Of a stretch of DNA of 64,000 bases, positions 10,058 to 17,907 are shown piece after piece. The stretch comes from Patescibacteria group bacterium (GTDB taxonomy: Bacteria; Patescibacteriota; Minisyncoccia; UBA6257; GWB1-50-10): assembly GCA_023474215.1 (NCBI GenBank), contig JAMCYI010000011.1:16739-80738 (forward strand). The letters are read 5' to 3'. The notes under the pieces are model-generated. The model saw nothing but the letters and a program-made list of their open reading frames with translations. It did no database searches and was not told the DNA's origin. Made by a program: the position numbers and the translations under genes. Each line of letters starts with the position of its first letter. Positions within the stretch are counted from its first letter, which is position 1.

Positions 10058-11416
10058 TTACTTCTTAAAGCAGGTATCGACGGTATCTGGCCCATACGTC
10101 CACTGTTTATGCTCATACCCCGCGGGGCAGCCGTTTGACGGCAATATCCCTTGGCACGCTTCGGATCCGAATATTTTACTCCCCGTGCTTGCCAAATTAC
10201 CGTTACTGTCGTGGGCGTAGGCATCTTGAGATACGAATCCGCACCACGTTCCGCGCATCGGAACCGGGATTCCATTCACCGTCAAAGCGCTGCCTCCGGG
10301 GACCGATAAGACGGTTCCGGTCGGTTCCCATTTCTTGACAAGATAGGTCGTAGCAGCGTTGTTCGGCGTCGGATAACATCCGGCAGGATAGCCGATCTTG
10401 TACGGCCCGCTGGGGCAATAGCTGCACGATCCGGCTCCGTTATTGCCGCCCGAGGAATTATAGTAGTAGGTACAGCTTGCCACGTACTGCGGAACATATT
10501 CGGTATCTCCGAAAGCCGGGCAGCCCCCTCCTCCGAATGCGTTATTACCGACATAGCTTTGTGTGCTTACTTGAACCCATTGCCCCACGGCGCTCGTAAT
10601 GTCTATATTCCCCGCGCTGTCGAACGACATTCCGCATCCCCATTCCGGAGATCCGGAGAAGCTGTCGGTTGTAGCGGTAATGTAGAAATTTTTCCCGTAG
10701 CTGTCATAGTACATTCCTCCCTTCGGGTTGTAGCTCAAGGGGTCGATCAAATCGACCGCTCCACTGGGAAGTAAACTGATGCCGATACTGCTCAACGAAC
10801 TGTTCGCAATGCTCAATGTCCCCGACTTGACCTGCGTCGTCGAACCAATATCAAGGAAGTTCCCGACTTGGTTCTTCGGTGCGTAGTTCGGATTGTTGAT
10901 CGTCGGGCCGGTTGGGCCGGTTCCGGTACTCAAGTTGAAGCTGACGACTTTCACGCTCGAGAGATTGGTGGTAGGGCCAAGATATATTCCGTATGCTTCG
11001 ATTTGGCTGGCGTTCGCCACGGTGTCGGAAAAGGAAACGATCATGTTGGCATTACTCTGATAGGGATTAATACTGCCGCTTCCCACAAGTGTTGCGTTCG
11101 ATTTCGAGAACTGATTTTCGGAGCGATAGATCCAGTACGGCTGGATCGTCGAGTTGGGATTGTAAAACTTTATGGTAAGGGTAACGGTCGATGCATAGAG
11201 AGACGTGTTCGTCGCTACCGTGACCACCGCCGATTGCGGGTGCGTCGTCTTATTGCCGCCATTCCCATTATTATTGCAATTGGGGTTCGTTGGGGGGCAC
11301 GGCTCTTGAGGGACAACGGGTGCGCCGAAAACTCCTCTCGGCGCCGACACCAACACGCCGATTCCCAAAACCAAGAGGAGCGTCACGGCAAAAATTTTAA
11401 AGTTTCTTGGAAACAT
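10058..11416 (-). CDS. exported protein, paralog family member (C-terminal WCG...CPAGY...CFKK domain)
   Basis: Signal peptide MFPRNFKIFAVTLLLVLGIGVLVSA. C-terminal about 70 aa share the GTWCG / CPAGY / C-x-K pattern with the two downstream genes. Confidence 0.5.
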   Translation of the reverse strand: MFPRNFKIFAVTLLLVLGIGVLVSAPRGVFGAPVVPQEPCPPTNPNCNNNGNGGNKTTHPQSAVVTVATNTSLYASTVTLTIKFYNPNSTIQPYWIYRSENQFSKSNATLVGSGSINPYQSNANMIVSFSDTVANASQIEAYGIYLGPTTNLSSVKVVSFNLSTGTGPTGPTINNPNYAPKNQVGNFLDIGSTTQVKSGTLSIANSSLSSIGISLLPSGAVDLIDPLSYNPKGGMYYDSYGKNFYITATTDSFSGSPEWGCGMSFDSAGNIDITSAVGQWVQVSTQSYVGNNAFGGGGCPAFGDTEYVPQYVASCTYYYNSSGGNNGAGSCSYCPSGPYKIGYPAGCYPTPNNAATTYLVKKWEPTGTVLSVPGGSALTVNGIPVPMRGTWCGFVSQDAYAHDSNGNLASTGSKIFGSEACQGILPSNGCPAGYEHKQWTYGPDTVDTCFKK

Positions 11417-11451
11417 TTTTAAACTTGAATATGATATAATGATTATACCAT

Positions 11452-11946
11452 ATGCAACAGAATAAATTTAAGGTGATCATATACGTCTTAGCCGGCATCT
11501 TGATTTTAGTCGTCGGATTCATTGTTGGTTTTTACGCCGGCAGGCAAAACGGGCAAGCGATCGGCGAAGCGGCCGGCCAATCGCAGTACAAAGCATTGGT
11601 TGACTTTGCCTACCCTGCTCCAGCTCAAGAAATTCACGAAATATCCGGCGCCGTCAAATCGATCACCGCGAATTCGGTCACCTTTGTGGCAAGAGATCCG
11701 AACGATTACTTGCCGCACACCGACGGCTCTCCCTTCAGGCAAATCACCCTTACGGCAAATACGACCGCAAGCACCACGATCATGTCGGTCGACTATTCCA
11801 CGCTTGACAAGAATGGCAATCCGAAGACCGCCATCATCAGCTTGAACGACCTGAAGATCGGACAGATCATCACCGTCGACAGCAACGCCAATATACGCGA
11901 CGTTTCAAGCTTCGACGCGACCGTGATACGGGTGGTCAACCATTAA
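11452..11946 (+). CDS. membrane-anchored hypothetical protein
   Basis: N-terminal TM helix KVIIYVLAGILILVVGFIVGFYAG. No recognisable catalytic motif. Confidence 0.4.
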   Translation: MQQNKFKVIIYVLAGILILVVGFIVGFYAGRQNGQAIGEAAGQSQYKALVDFAYPAPAQEIHEISGAVKSITANSVTFVARDPNDYLPHTDGSPFRQITLTANTTASTTIMSVDYSTLDKNGNPKTAIISLNDLKIGQIITVDSNANIRDVSSFDATVIRVVNH

Positions 11947-11955
11947 TAAAGGAAC

Positions 11956-12552
11956 ATGAACTTAATACCAACGGTTATTGAAAAATCGTCGTACGGTGAA
12001 CGCGCCTACGATATCTATTCCCGCCTCCTTATGGAGCGGATCATCTTTCTCGGCGGACCCATCATGGACGATGTCGCAAACAGCGTTATCGCCCAGCTTC
12101 TCTTCTTGGACCACGAGGACCAAAAGAAGGACATCAAATTGTATTTGAATACGCCGGGTGGATCCGTGACGGCAGGTCTTGCCATTTACGACACGATGCA
12201 GCATGTAAAGGCGCCGGTCTCGACGATTTGTGTCGGCATGGCTGCTTCCATGGGCGCGGTGCTCCTCGGCTCCGGGCAAAAAGGAAAGCGGTTTGCGCTC
12301 CCCAATTCCGAGATCTTGCTTCACCAGGTAATGGGCGGCGCGGAAGGCCAAGCCATCGAAATCGAGATCACTGCACGGCAAATCGTAAAAATGAAGGATA
12401 AACTGAACCAAATCCTCGTCAAGCACACCGGACAGAAGGTGGACAAGATCGAGCGCGATACCGACCGCGATTTCTATCTCACGCCCCAAGAAGCAAGAGA
12501 TTACGGATTGATCGATGAGATCATCAAGACGAAAAATAATTTTAAGGCATAG
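11956..12552 (+). CDS. clpP: ATP-dependent Clp protease proteolytic subunit ClpP
   Basis: Near full-length match to the ClpP pattern: [10 protein letters not shown]...[20 protein letters not shown]...[11 protein letters not shown]...LHQVMGG. Confidence 0.9.
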   Translation: MNLIPTVIEKSSYGERAYDIYSRLLMERIIFLGGPIMDDVANSVIAQLLFLDHEDQKKDIKLYLNTPGGSVTAGLAIYDTMQHVKAPVSTICVGMAASMGAVLLGSGQKGKRFALPNSEILLHQVMGGAEGQAIEIEITARQIVKMKDKLNQILVKHTGQKVDKIERDTDRDFYLTPQEARDYGLIDEIIKTKNNFKA

Positions 12553-12587
12553 GGATTAGGGTATAGGGTATAGGGTATAGGGTATAG
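12550..12587 (+). repeat. tandem heptamer repeat TAGGG(A/T)T-A, about 5 units, G-quadruplex-prone
   Basis: tagggat tagggta tagggta tagggta tagggta tag begins at the clpP stop codon. It contains four or more GGG tracts spaced by 4 nt. Confidence 0.7.
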
Positions 12588-12596
12588 AAAATAGAT

Positions 12597-12628
12597 GGAG
12601 CCGCCGCAAGGCGGCTTTTGGTTTTACC
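12597..12628 (+). terminator. Rho-independent terminator after clpP
   Basis: Hairpin gccgcc-gcaa-ggcggc followed by ttttggtttt. Confidence 0.6.
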
Positions 12629-12677
12629 TCAACCTCTTCCTTCGAACTTTCTCTTTTTCTGTGATAAAATTTTAATC

Positions 12678-13841
12678 ATGCGAAACAAAGAAGAACTGAT
12701 CCGGAGGATTCTGAACCGGGGCGTTGAAGAAATCATCGAAAAGGAGAGTTTAACAAAGAAACTCGATTCCGGAAAGAAGCTGCGAGTCAAGTTCGGCATC
12801 GATCCCACAAAGCCGGATATTCATCTCGGCCACACTGTTCCCCTCTTGAAGCTCCGTGAATTCCAGGAACTGGGGCATAAAGCTGTGCTCATAATCGGTG
12901 ATTTCACGGCTCAAATCGGCGACCCATCCGGCCAGTCAGCTGAACGGAAGCCGCTGACCGAAAAAGAAGTGAAGATGAACATGAAGCACTACCTCGAGCA
13001 GGCGGGGAAAGTTATCGACATCAAGAAAGCGGAGGTGCGGTACAACAGCGAATGGCACAAGAAAGAGGGTCTTATGTCCATGTTGACTATGGCGAGAGCC
13101 GCCAGTATCCAACAAGTCATGAAACGGAGAGAATTCAAAGAAAGGATCAACGCTGGCGGCGACATAACACTTCTTGAATTCTTATATCCCCTCTTCCAAG
13201 GGTATGACTCGGTGAAAATAAAATCCGATGTCGAAATCGGCGGCACTGATCAGAAATTCAATCTCCTGATGGGCCGACGGGTGCAGCGCCACTTCGGCGT
13301 TCCGGAACAAGATATCATAACCGTACCGCTCATCGAGGGTACGGACGGTATTCGCAAAATGAGCAAGAGTTTTGGAAATTATATAGGCATAGCCGAGGCG
13401 CCCAATGATATATTCAGTAAGGTCATGTCCGTACCGGACGCCTTGCTCGCAAAGTATTTCGAAAATCTTACGGAAACAAAACCGACGAGCAACGATCCTT
13501 ACCAATCAAAAATGCTCCTTGGGGAAACAATTGTCCGGATGTACCACGGCCAAAAAGCCGCGGAAAAGGCGAAGGAGAACTTCGTAAAAACGTTCTCAAA
13601 AAAAGAAATGCCGGACGAGATCGAAATAAAGACGGTTTCTTCTGATGCCCTTTCAAGCGGCACCACCGCGATGCTCGTCGCTATTGGAGCAGCGAAGAGC
13701 AATAGTGAAGCCCGAAGGTTAATTGATCAAGGCGCGGTGAAAGTTGACGGAAGGACGGTTAGCGACCCCAATGAAAAAAGAAAAGATGGCGAGGTCTTAA
13801 AAGTGGGTAAGCACCGTTTCTTTAAACTAAGGAAGAAATAA
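12678..13841 (+). CDS. tyrS: tyrosyl-tRNA synthetase (class I, with C-terminal S4 domain)
   Basis: HLGH-type motif (PDIHLGHTVPL), KMSKS motif, C-terminal S4-like RRLIDQGAVKVDGRTV. ATG at 12678 is inside ORF 12618..13841. Confidence 0.85.
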   Translation: MRNKEELIRRILNRGVEEIIEKESLTKKLDSGKKLRVKFGIDPTKPDIHLGHTVPLLKLREFQELGHKAVLIIGDFTAQIGDPSGQSAERKPLTEKEVKMNMKHYLEQAGKVIDIKKAEVRYNSEWHKKEGLMSMLTMARAASIQQVMKRREFKERINAGGDITLLEFLYPLFQGYDSVKIKSDVEIGGTDQKFNLLMGRRVQRHFGVPEQDIITVPLIEGTDGIRKMSKSFGNYIGIAEAPNDIFSKVMSVPDALLAKYFENLTETKPTSNDPYQSKMLLGETIVRMYHGQKAAEKAKENFVKTFSKKEMPDEIEIKTVSSDALSSGTTAMLVAIGAAKSNSEARRLIDQGAVKVDGRTVSDPNEKRKDGEVLKVGKHRFFKLRKK

Positions 13842-13842
13842 A

Positions 13843-14520
13843 TCAGTTCAAGATGAGCTTGCCGACGACGCCGGCTTGAGCACGTCCCGGTACGTCGTCA
13901 TGAAATCCGTAAATACCCGGCTTCATAATGACAAACGTGAGGAGCCGCGCACTCGAAGGCCCCACGCCGACGCTGATTGAAGAAAGGCTTGGATTGTCGA
14001 ACTTGAAGACGTGCGTATTATCATCGCTTGAAATGATCGCAAGCGTAATAATGCCACCCGCTTGGCCTGTAATGACGACCGGCGAAAAGCCGGTCGAGCT
14101 CACAGTGAGCTTCACCGCATTCGATGGTATTTGATCCTGCCCGATTTGACCCGATTGGCTGATCAGCCTGTAATCGCCGGAGGACAAACTCGGACCCGTG
14201 ATGCTCGCCCCCGCCGACGATCCGCCGGATGACGGGGTTTGCTCGCTGGGGGTTTGATTTCCGGTACTTGTGGCCGGTGCGGTCTCCGCGGGCTGACTCG
14301 GCGTTTCCACGGGAGGAGTTGTTCCTTGGCCTTGATTCCCGTTCGGAGTTTGCTGGTTCAAAGGAGGCAGAGTTACGGTTTCAGTCGATGTCGACTTGCC
14401 CCCCAAAAGACCCCCGACGTTTCCGAGCGGGGCAAGAAAGAAGATACCAAAGAAGACGATCGCGACGACAATGAGACCGATAAAAAGAAGGATGATGATG
14501 AGACGAATGGCATCTTCCAT
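13843..14520 (-). CDS. membrane-anchored hypothetical protein, Pro/Thr/Ser-rich linker, cupredoxin-like C-terminal fold without copper ligands
   Basis: N-terminal TM helix. C-terminus KPGIYGFHDDVPGRAQAGVVGKLILN resembles plastocyanin-like strand topology but has no Cys. Confidence 0.35.
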   Translation of the reverse strand: MEDAIRLIIILLFIGLIVVAIVFFGIFFLAPLGNVGGLLGGKSTSTETVTLPPLNQQTPNGNQGQGTTPPVETPSQPAETAPATSTGNQTPSEQTPSSGGSSAGASITGPSLSSGDYRLISQSGQIGQDQIPSNAVKLTVSSTGFSPVVITGQAGGIITLAIISSDDNTHVFKFDNPSLSSISVGVGPSSARLLTFVIMKPGIYGFHDDVPGRAQAGVVGKLILN

Positions 14521-14633
14521 GGGAAGGTTGCGTTCAATTTAACTTTATCAGATTTGCAAGGAAATAGGAACGGAAGTTTTCCCGACCCATTTCCCGAGTT
14601 CGATTCTCACTGACATTAAGGAATATAGAAGAC

Positions 14634-14683
14634 CCACTACAAGAGTGGGCTTTGTATTTTGTGCGGCCAGGGAGAATCGGCTT
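14634..14683 (-). repeat. about 50-bp direct repeat copy 1 (hairpin cccact/agtggg plus the tRNA-Gly 3'-terminal 18 nt); the second copy is 14812..14861
   Basis: acccactacaagagtgggctttgtattttgtgcggccagggagaatcg occurs twice. The second copy overlaps the 3' end of the intact tRNA-Gly. Confidence 0.8.
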
Positions 14684-14811
14684 CGCCTCTCGCTGCGCTC
14701 GGGCTAGCCACCGCCTCGCGTCCCTCGACAAGCTCGGGGCATGCTCCGGCGTTCGATTCCCCACGTGAGCCAAGCAGTTAGCTCACTCTGGCCAGGCATA
14801 GAAAATACAAA
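14684..14811 (-). repeat. tRNA-attached GC-rich element, copy A (T-type family)
   Basis: Reverse complement contains the conserved core GGGGAATCGAACGCCGGAGCATGCCCCGAGCTTGTCGAGGGACGCGAGGCGGTGGCTAGCCCGAGCGCAGCGAGAGGCGAAG. It lies between tRNA-Gly and the duplicated tRNA-Gly 3' end. Confidence 0.7.
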
Positions 14812-14841
14812 ACCCACTACAAGAGTGGGCTTTGTATTTTG

Positions 14842-14912
14842 TGCGGCCAGGGAGAATCGAACTCCCGTCTCATCCTTGGCAAGGACGTGTTCTACCACTA
14901 AACCATGACCGC
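14842..14912 (-). tRNA. tRNA-Gly (anticodon GCC)
   Basis: Manual cloverleaf: GCGGTCA acceptor, anticodon loop TTGCCAA, T-arm GGGAGTTCGATTCTCCC, 3' TGGCCGC-A. CCA is not encoded. Confidence 0.8.
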
Positions 14913-14920
14913 ATCCGCTT

Positions 14921-15124
14921 CTATTGCAATGTTCCCGGCGGAGGTAACGTTGGTCCCTTGACATAGGGTACCGATCCTGCCGGTGGCCCGACAAAATTTG
15001 TCGAAGTTGCCGCGTTGCCGCTCTTTTCGGAAGAATTACTCGTTCCAATATACGATAAAACGACAAGTAAGGCAATGAGAAAGAGAAGGATGCCTAAAAG
15101 ATAAAATATGATTTTTCTCTGCAT
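14921..15124 (-). CDS. possible small membrane protein (67 aa)
   Basis: Single TM helix IIFYLLGILLFLIALLVVLSYI. Short ORF between tRNA-Gly and tRNA-Leu, weak support. Confidence 0.2.
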   Translation of the reverse strand: MQRKIIFYLLGILLFLIALLVVLSYIGTSNSSEKSGNAATSTNFVGPPAGSVPYVKGPTLPPPGTLQ

Positions 15125-15152
15125 TTTGTGTTTACACTGAGCTTGTCGAAGT

Positions 15153-15236
15153 GTGCCCGGAGTCGGACTCGGACCGACACGCCCTTGCGGGCAACAGATC
15201 TTAAGTCTGTCGCGGCTGCCAATTACGCCATCCGGG
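15153..15236 (-). tRNA. tRNA-Leu (anticodon TAA), class II with long variable arm
   Basis: GCCCGGA acceptor, anticodon stem ACAGA/TCTGT with loop CTTAAGA, variable arm GCCC-GCAA-GGGC, T-arm GTCGG-TCCGAGT-CCGAC (C at position 55, unusual). Confidence 0.7.
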
Positions 15237-15273
15237 CAGTTTCAATTCAGTTTAACGGGTTACCGACTAAGTT

Positions 15274-16002
15274 TCAATGTTGTTTACTATTATGCGACTT
15301 ATGAATTTGATAGTCGGGTATCCTAGAAAGGAATATGGCTTTGCGCTCCAGTCCTATTGGGAACCCAGGATAATACATATAGCGCAATAACTCATCGGAA
15401 TCTTTCATCCCATACCCCAACTTCAAAGAGGCGCCATTATTAAACACACCCAGCGCTTTCAATGGGAGATTGATTTCTTTCTTAAGGATGAACATAAGCT
15501 CTTCGAGAAACTTTCTGCTACCTGACGTAAAATTGGTCCTTAATTCACGAGCAGGTCGACCGTCCTTTGTTCTAATATACTCAACGAAGAAAACACTACC
15601 GTCGCCATCAAAATAGCCCCTTATAAAATCTCTTAAATATTTTCTTGGCACACGAGGAAAGGTAATGGTTTTACTTTTACGCCTGAATCCACCAAGTTTA
15701 GTTAAAGATCCATAGAGATGTTTCGAGTGAAAACTAACATGCCAAGCATCGTCCCCCTTGCTCCTCCTCACTGGATTAGTAGAGCTCATCGCAGACCTTA
15801 TATCCATCAGAATGTGCTTATCATTAGAGCACAACACCACCCTATATGATCGCTCCTTCCTCATATAACCGTCCGCAAACCAGAAACCAAGAATGTAAGC
15901 CATGGACGATGACCACTTATCAAAGAACTTCTCATTGAGGGTATACTTTCTACTGTGATATTTGCCTTGGGTTAATATCTTCACAAAAATATTATATCTC
16001 AA
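15274..16002 (-). CDS. LAGLIDADG homing endonuclease (double-motif)
   Basis: Two LAGLIDADG motifs, ILGFWFADGY and RGYFDGDGSV, about 100 aa apart. The longest ORF starts at TTG. MAYILGFWFADGY (Met at about 15904) is an alternative start. Confidence 0.8.
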   Translation of the reverse strand: MRYNIFVKILTQGKYHSRKYTLNEKFFDKWSSSMAYILGFWFADGYMRKERSYRVVLCSNDKHILMDIRSAMSSTNPVRRSKGDDAWHVSFHSKHLYGSLTKLGGFRRKSKTITFPRVPRKYLRDFIRGYFDGDGSVFFVEYIRTKDGRPARELRTNFTSGSRKFLEELMFILKKEINLPLKALGVFNNGASLKLGYGMKDSDELLRYMYYPGFPIGLERKAIFLSRIPDYQIHKSHNSKQH

Positions 16003-16063
16003 TGAGGCTTAAATAGGAATCGAACCTAACAACTAATAAAAAGGTTTTCATCGTTGTCTTTTG

Positions 16064-16135
16064 AGGCGGCAGCCGGAGTCGGACCGGCGCATAGTGGTTT
16101 TGCAGACCACCGCGTTACCGTTTCGCCATGCCGCC
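16064..16135 (-). tRNA. tRNA-Cys (anticodon GCA)
   Basis: GGCGGCA acceptor, anticodon loop CTGCAAA, discriminator U73 as expected for Cys, T-arm GCCGG-TCCGACT-CCGGC (C55, as in the neighbouring tRNA-Leu). Confidence 0.7.
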
Positions 16136-16139
16136 AGTT

Positions 16140-16430
16140 TTATTTCGCTTGGTCGATGGAGAATTCGAGCTTCGGCATCGGCTTTATGTTCATTTTCCGA
16201 AGAAGCCTGCCTTGGATCTCGCGCCTCCGTCCTTCGATTATTTTATACACTTCTATCTCTTTTTCAAAGGGGAGGACGGAAACCTTGACCCTCGCGGCCG
16301 ACATGTCTTCCGCGACCTCGACCGACGTGATCGTTGCGAGCGCACCTCCGAAATCGAAATCGCTCTGGAAGATCTTATTCAGTTCTCCTTGGATGACGCT
16401 CCCCACTTTCAAATTTCGGTACGGCCTCAT
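16140..16430 (-). CDS. rbfA: ribosome-binding factor A
   Basis: 96-aa KH-like RbfA pattern (ELNKIF...VTSVEVAEDMSAARV). Classic position directly downstream of infB. Confidence 0.75.
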   Translation of the reverse strand: MRPYRNLKVGSVIQGELNKIFQSDFDFGGALATITSVEVAEDMSAARVKVSVLPFEKEIEVYKIIEGRRREIQGRLLRKMNIKPMPKLEFSIDQAK

Positions 16431-17842
16431 AACAAGAAGAGTAAAAGATAACCTGCTTTGATCGGCGCATCGCTTTGAACCAAAAGGCCGACTTCCGTAT
16501 CCGTAGAAGCTTCCGCGGCATCTTTCCGCCCTGATTGCAAATTCAAGATTTTCCCCTCGCCGAGTTTCCGCTTATCGCTCCATACCTCAAATGACTCCTG
16601 ATTCTTGACCGGCCCTAAAACGATCTTCCCTCCGACGACCTGTTCCTTGCCTTTTGCCGCACCGAACGTTTTCAAAATTTCGATCCTTCGCATTTCCCGC
16701 GGGGTCGATTTTTCGATGTATTCCTTGATGCTCTTTTCGAGTTCATACACGATCGGCGACTCGATGATATTCACCTTTTGCGTCTTTGCGAGATTTTCCG
16801 CCGACTTATCCGTCTTTGTCTTGAATCCAAGAACCAAAGCGTTGAAAGCGGCGGCATCCTTCACATCGTTTTCAGTGATGTTGCCGACTCCCTCTTGAAT
16901 GATCCTGACTGGAACCTGAAAATTCGTGTTTTGAATGATCGTTTTCAAGGCCTCAAGTGACGCCATTTCGTCGGACTTCAAAACGAGATTCAAATGTTCA
17001 CGGCTGTCTGATTCGACGGCTTCTTTTTCTTCGATCTTTTCCACTCCAGCGCTCTTGACCTCGAGATTGAACGACGCATGGAATTCTTCGCCGACGACCG
17101 GCATTTTTTCAAATCCAATAATGACAACTGGGGAACTCGGCGACGCCGACGGAACATTTTTCCCCAAAAAATCGTTGATTTGCCGCACCTTGCCGCTCGC
17201 ACTCTCCGCTTTGATGATTTGGCCGGTTTGGAGCGTCCCGTCCTTCAAAATGCCGCTTGCAACCACCCCTTTCCGGGGATCCTTCGTACTCCGAAGGATG
17301 ATGCCGGACGCATCATGCGACGGATCGTACTCCAAATCTTCCATTTCGGCCGCAAGAGCAATGAGATCAAGGAGCTCCGGAACGCCTTCGCCCGTCTTCG
17401 CCGATATTTCTTGCCACGAAACATTCCCGCCGTATCCTTCGAGCAGCACGCCCGCTTGCGCTAGATCCTTTTTTGTTTTCTCGATGTTGGCGTTCGATTT
17501 ATCGATCTTGTTCACGGCAACGACAAAGGGGGTTTTTGTGTTTAATGCGATTTGAATCGCTTCTTTCGTCTGCGGCTGAACGCCGTCATCCGCCGCAACG
17601 ATCAAGACCGCAATGTCCGCGACCCGCGCTCCATATTGCCGCATGTTCGAAAAAGCCTGATGGCCCGGCGTGTCGATGAACGTCATCTTCGTTCCCTTAT
17701 GTTCGATCTCGTAAGCACCGATCGATTGCGTAATGCCGCCGGCTTCCCGCGCAGCGAGGTTCGTTTTCCGAATATAATCAAGGAGCGTGGTTTTTCCGTG
17801 ATCCACGTGACCCATGATGACGATGATAGGAGGCCTCCTCAT
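16427..17842 (-). CDS. infB: translation initiation factor IF-2 (minimal form lacking N-terminal domains)
   Basis: G-domain IVIMGHVDHGKTTLLD, DTPGHQAF, NKID. Start trimmed to MRRPPIIVIMGH inside ORF 16427..17881. Confidence 0.9.
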   Translation of the reverse strand: MRRPPIIVIMGHVDHGKTTLLDYIRKTNLAAREAGGITQSIGAYEIEHKGTKMTFIDTPGHQAFSNMRQYGARVADIAVLIVAADDGVQPQTKEAIQIALNTKTPFVVAVNKIDKSNANIEKTKKDLAQAGVLLEGYGGNVSWQEISAKTGEGVPELLDLIALAAEMEDLEYDPSHDASGIILRSTKDPRKGVVASGILKDGTLQTGQIIKAESASGKVRQINDFLGKNVPSASPSSPVVIIGFEKMPVVGEEFHASFNLEVKSAGVEKIEEKEAVESDSREHLNLVLKSDEMASLEALKTIIQNTNFQVPVRIIQEGVGNITENDVKDAAAFNALVLGFKTKTDKSAENLAKTQKVNIIESPIVYELEKSIKEYIEKSTPREMRRIEILKTFGAAKGKEQVVGGKIVLGPVKNQESFEVWSDKRKLGEGKILNLQSGRKDAAEASTDTEVGLLVQSDAPIKAGYLLLFLL

Positions 17843-17907
17843 AACACTGGTAAAATTACCAGATAAATGATATAAATACAAGCAGTTCGCGGATTTTTTC
17901 GGAGTGT

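Noticed and set aside
16003-16063. Possible additional minus-strand tRNA suggested by a GGTTCGATTCC T-arm motif at 16015..16025
   Set aside because: No complementary acceptor or anticodon arm can be built. The 5' side would have to overlap tRNA-Cys. Treated as a T-arm-like remnant, possibly related to the GAATCGAAC start of the tRNA-attached elements.
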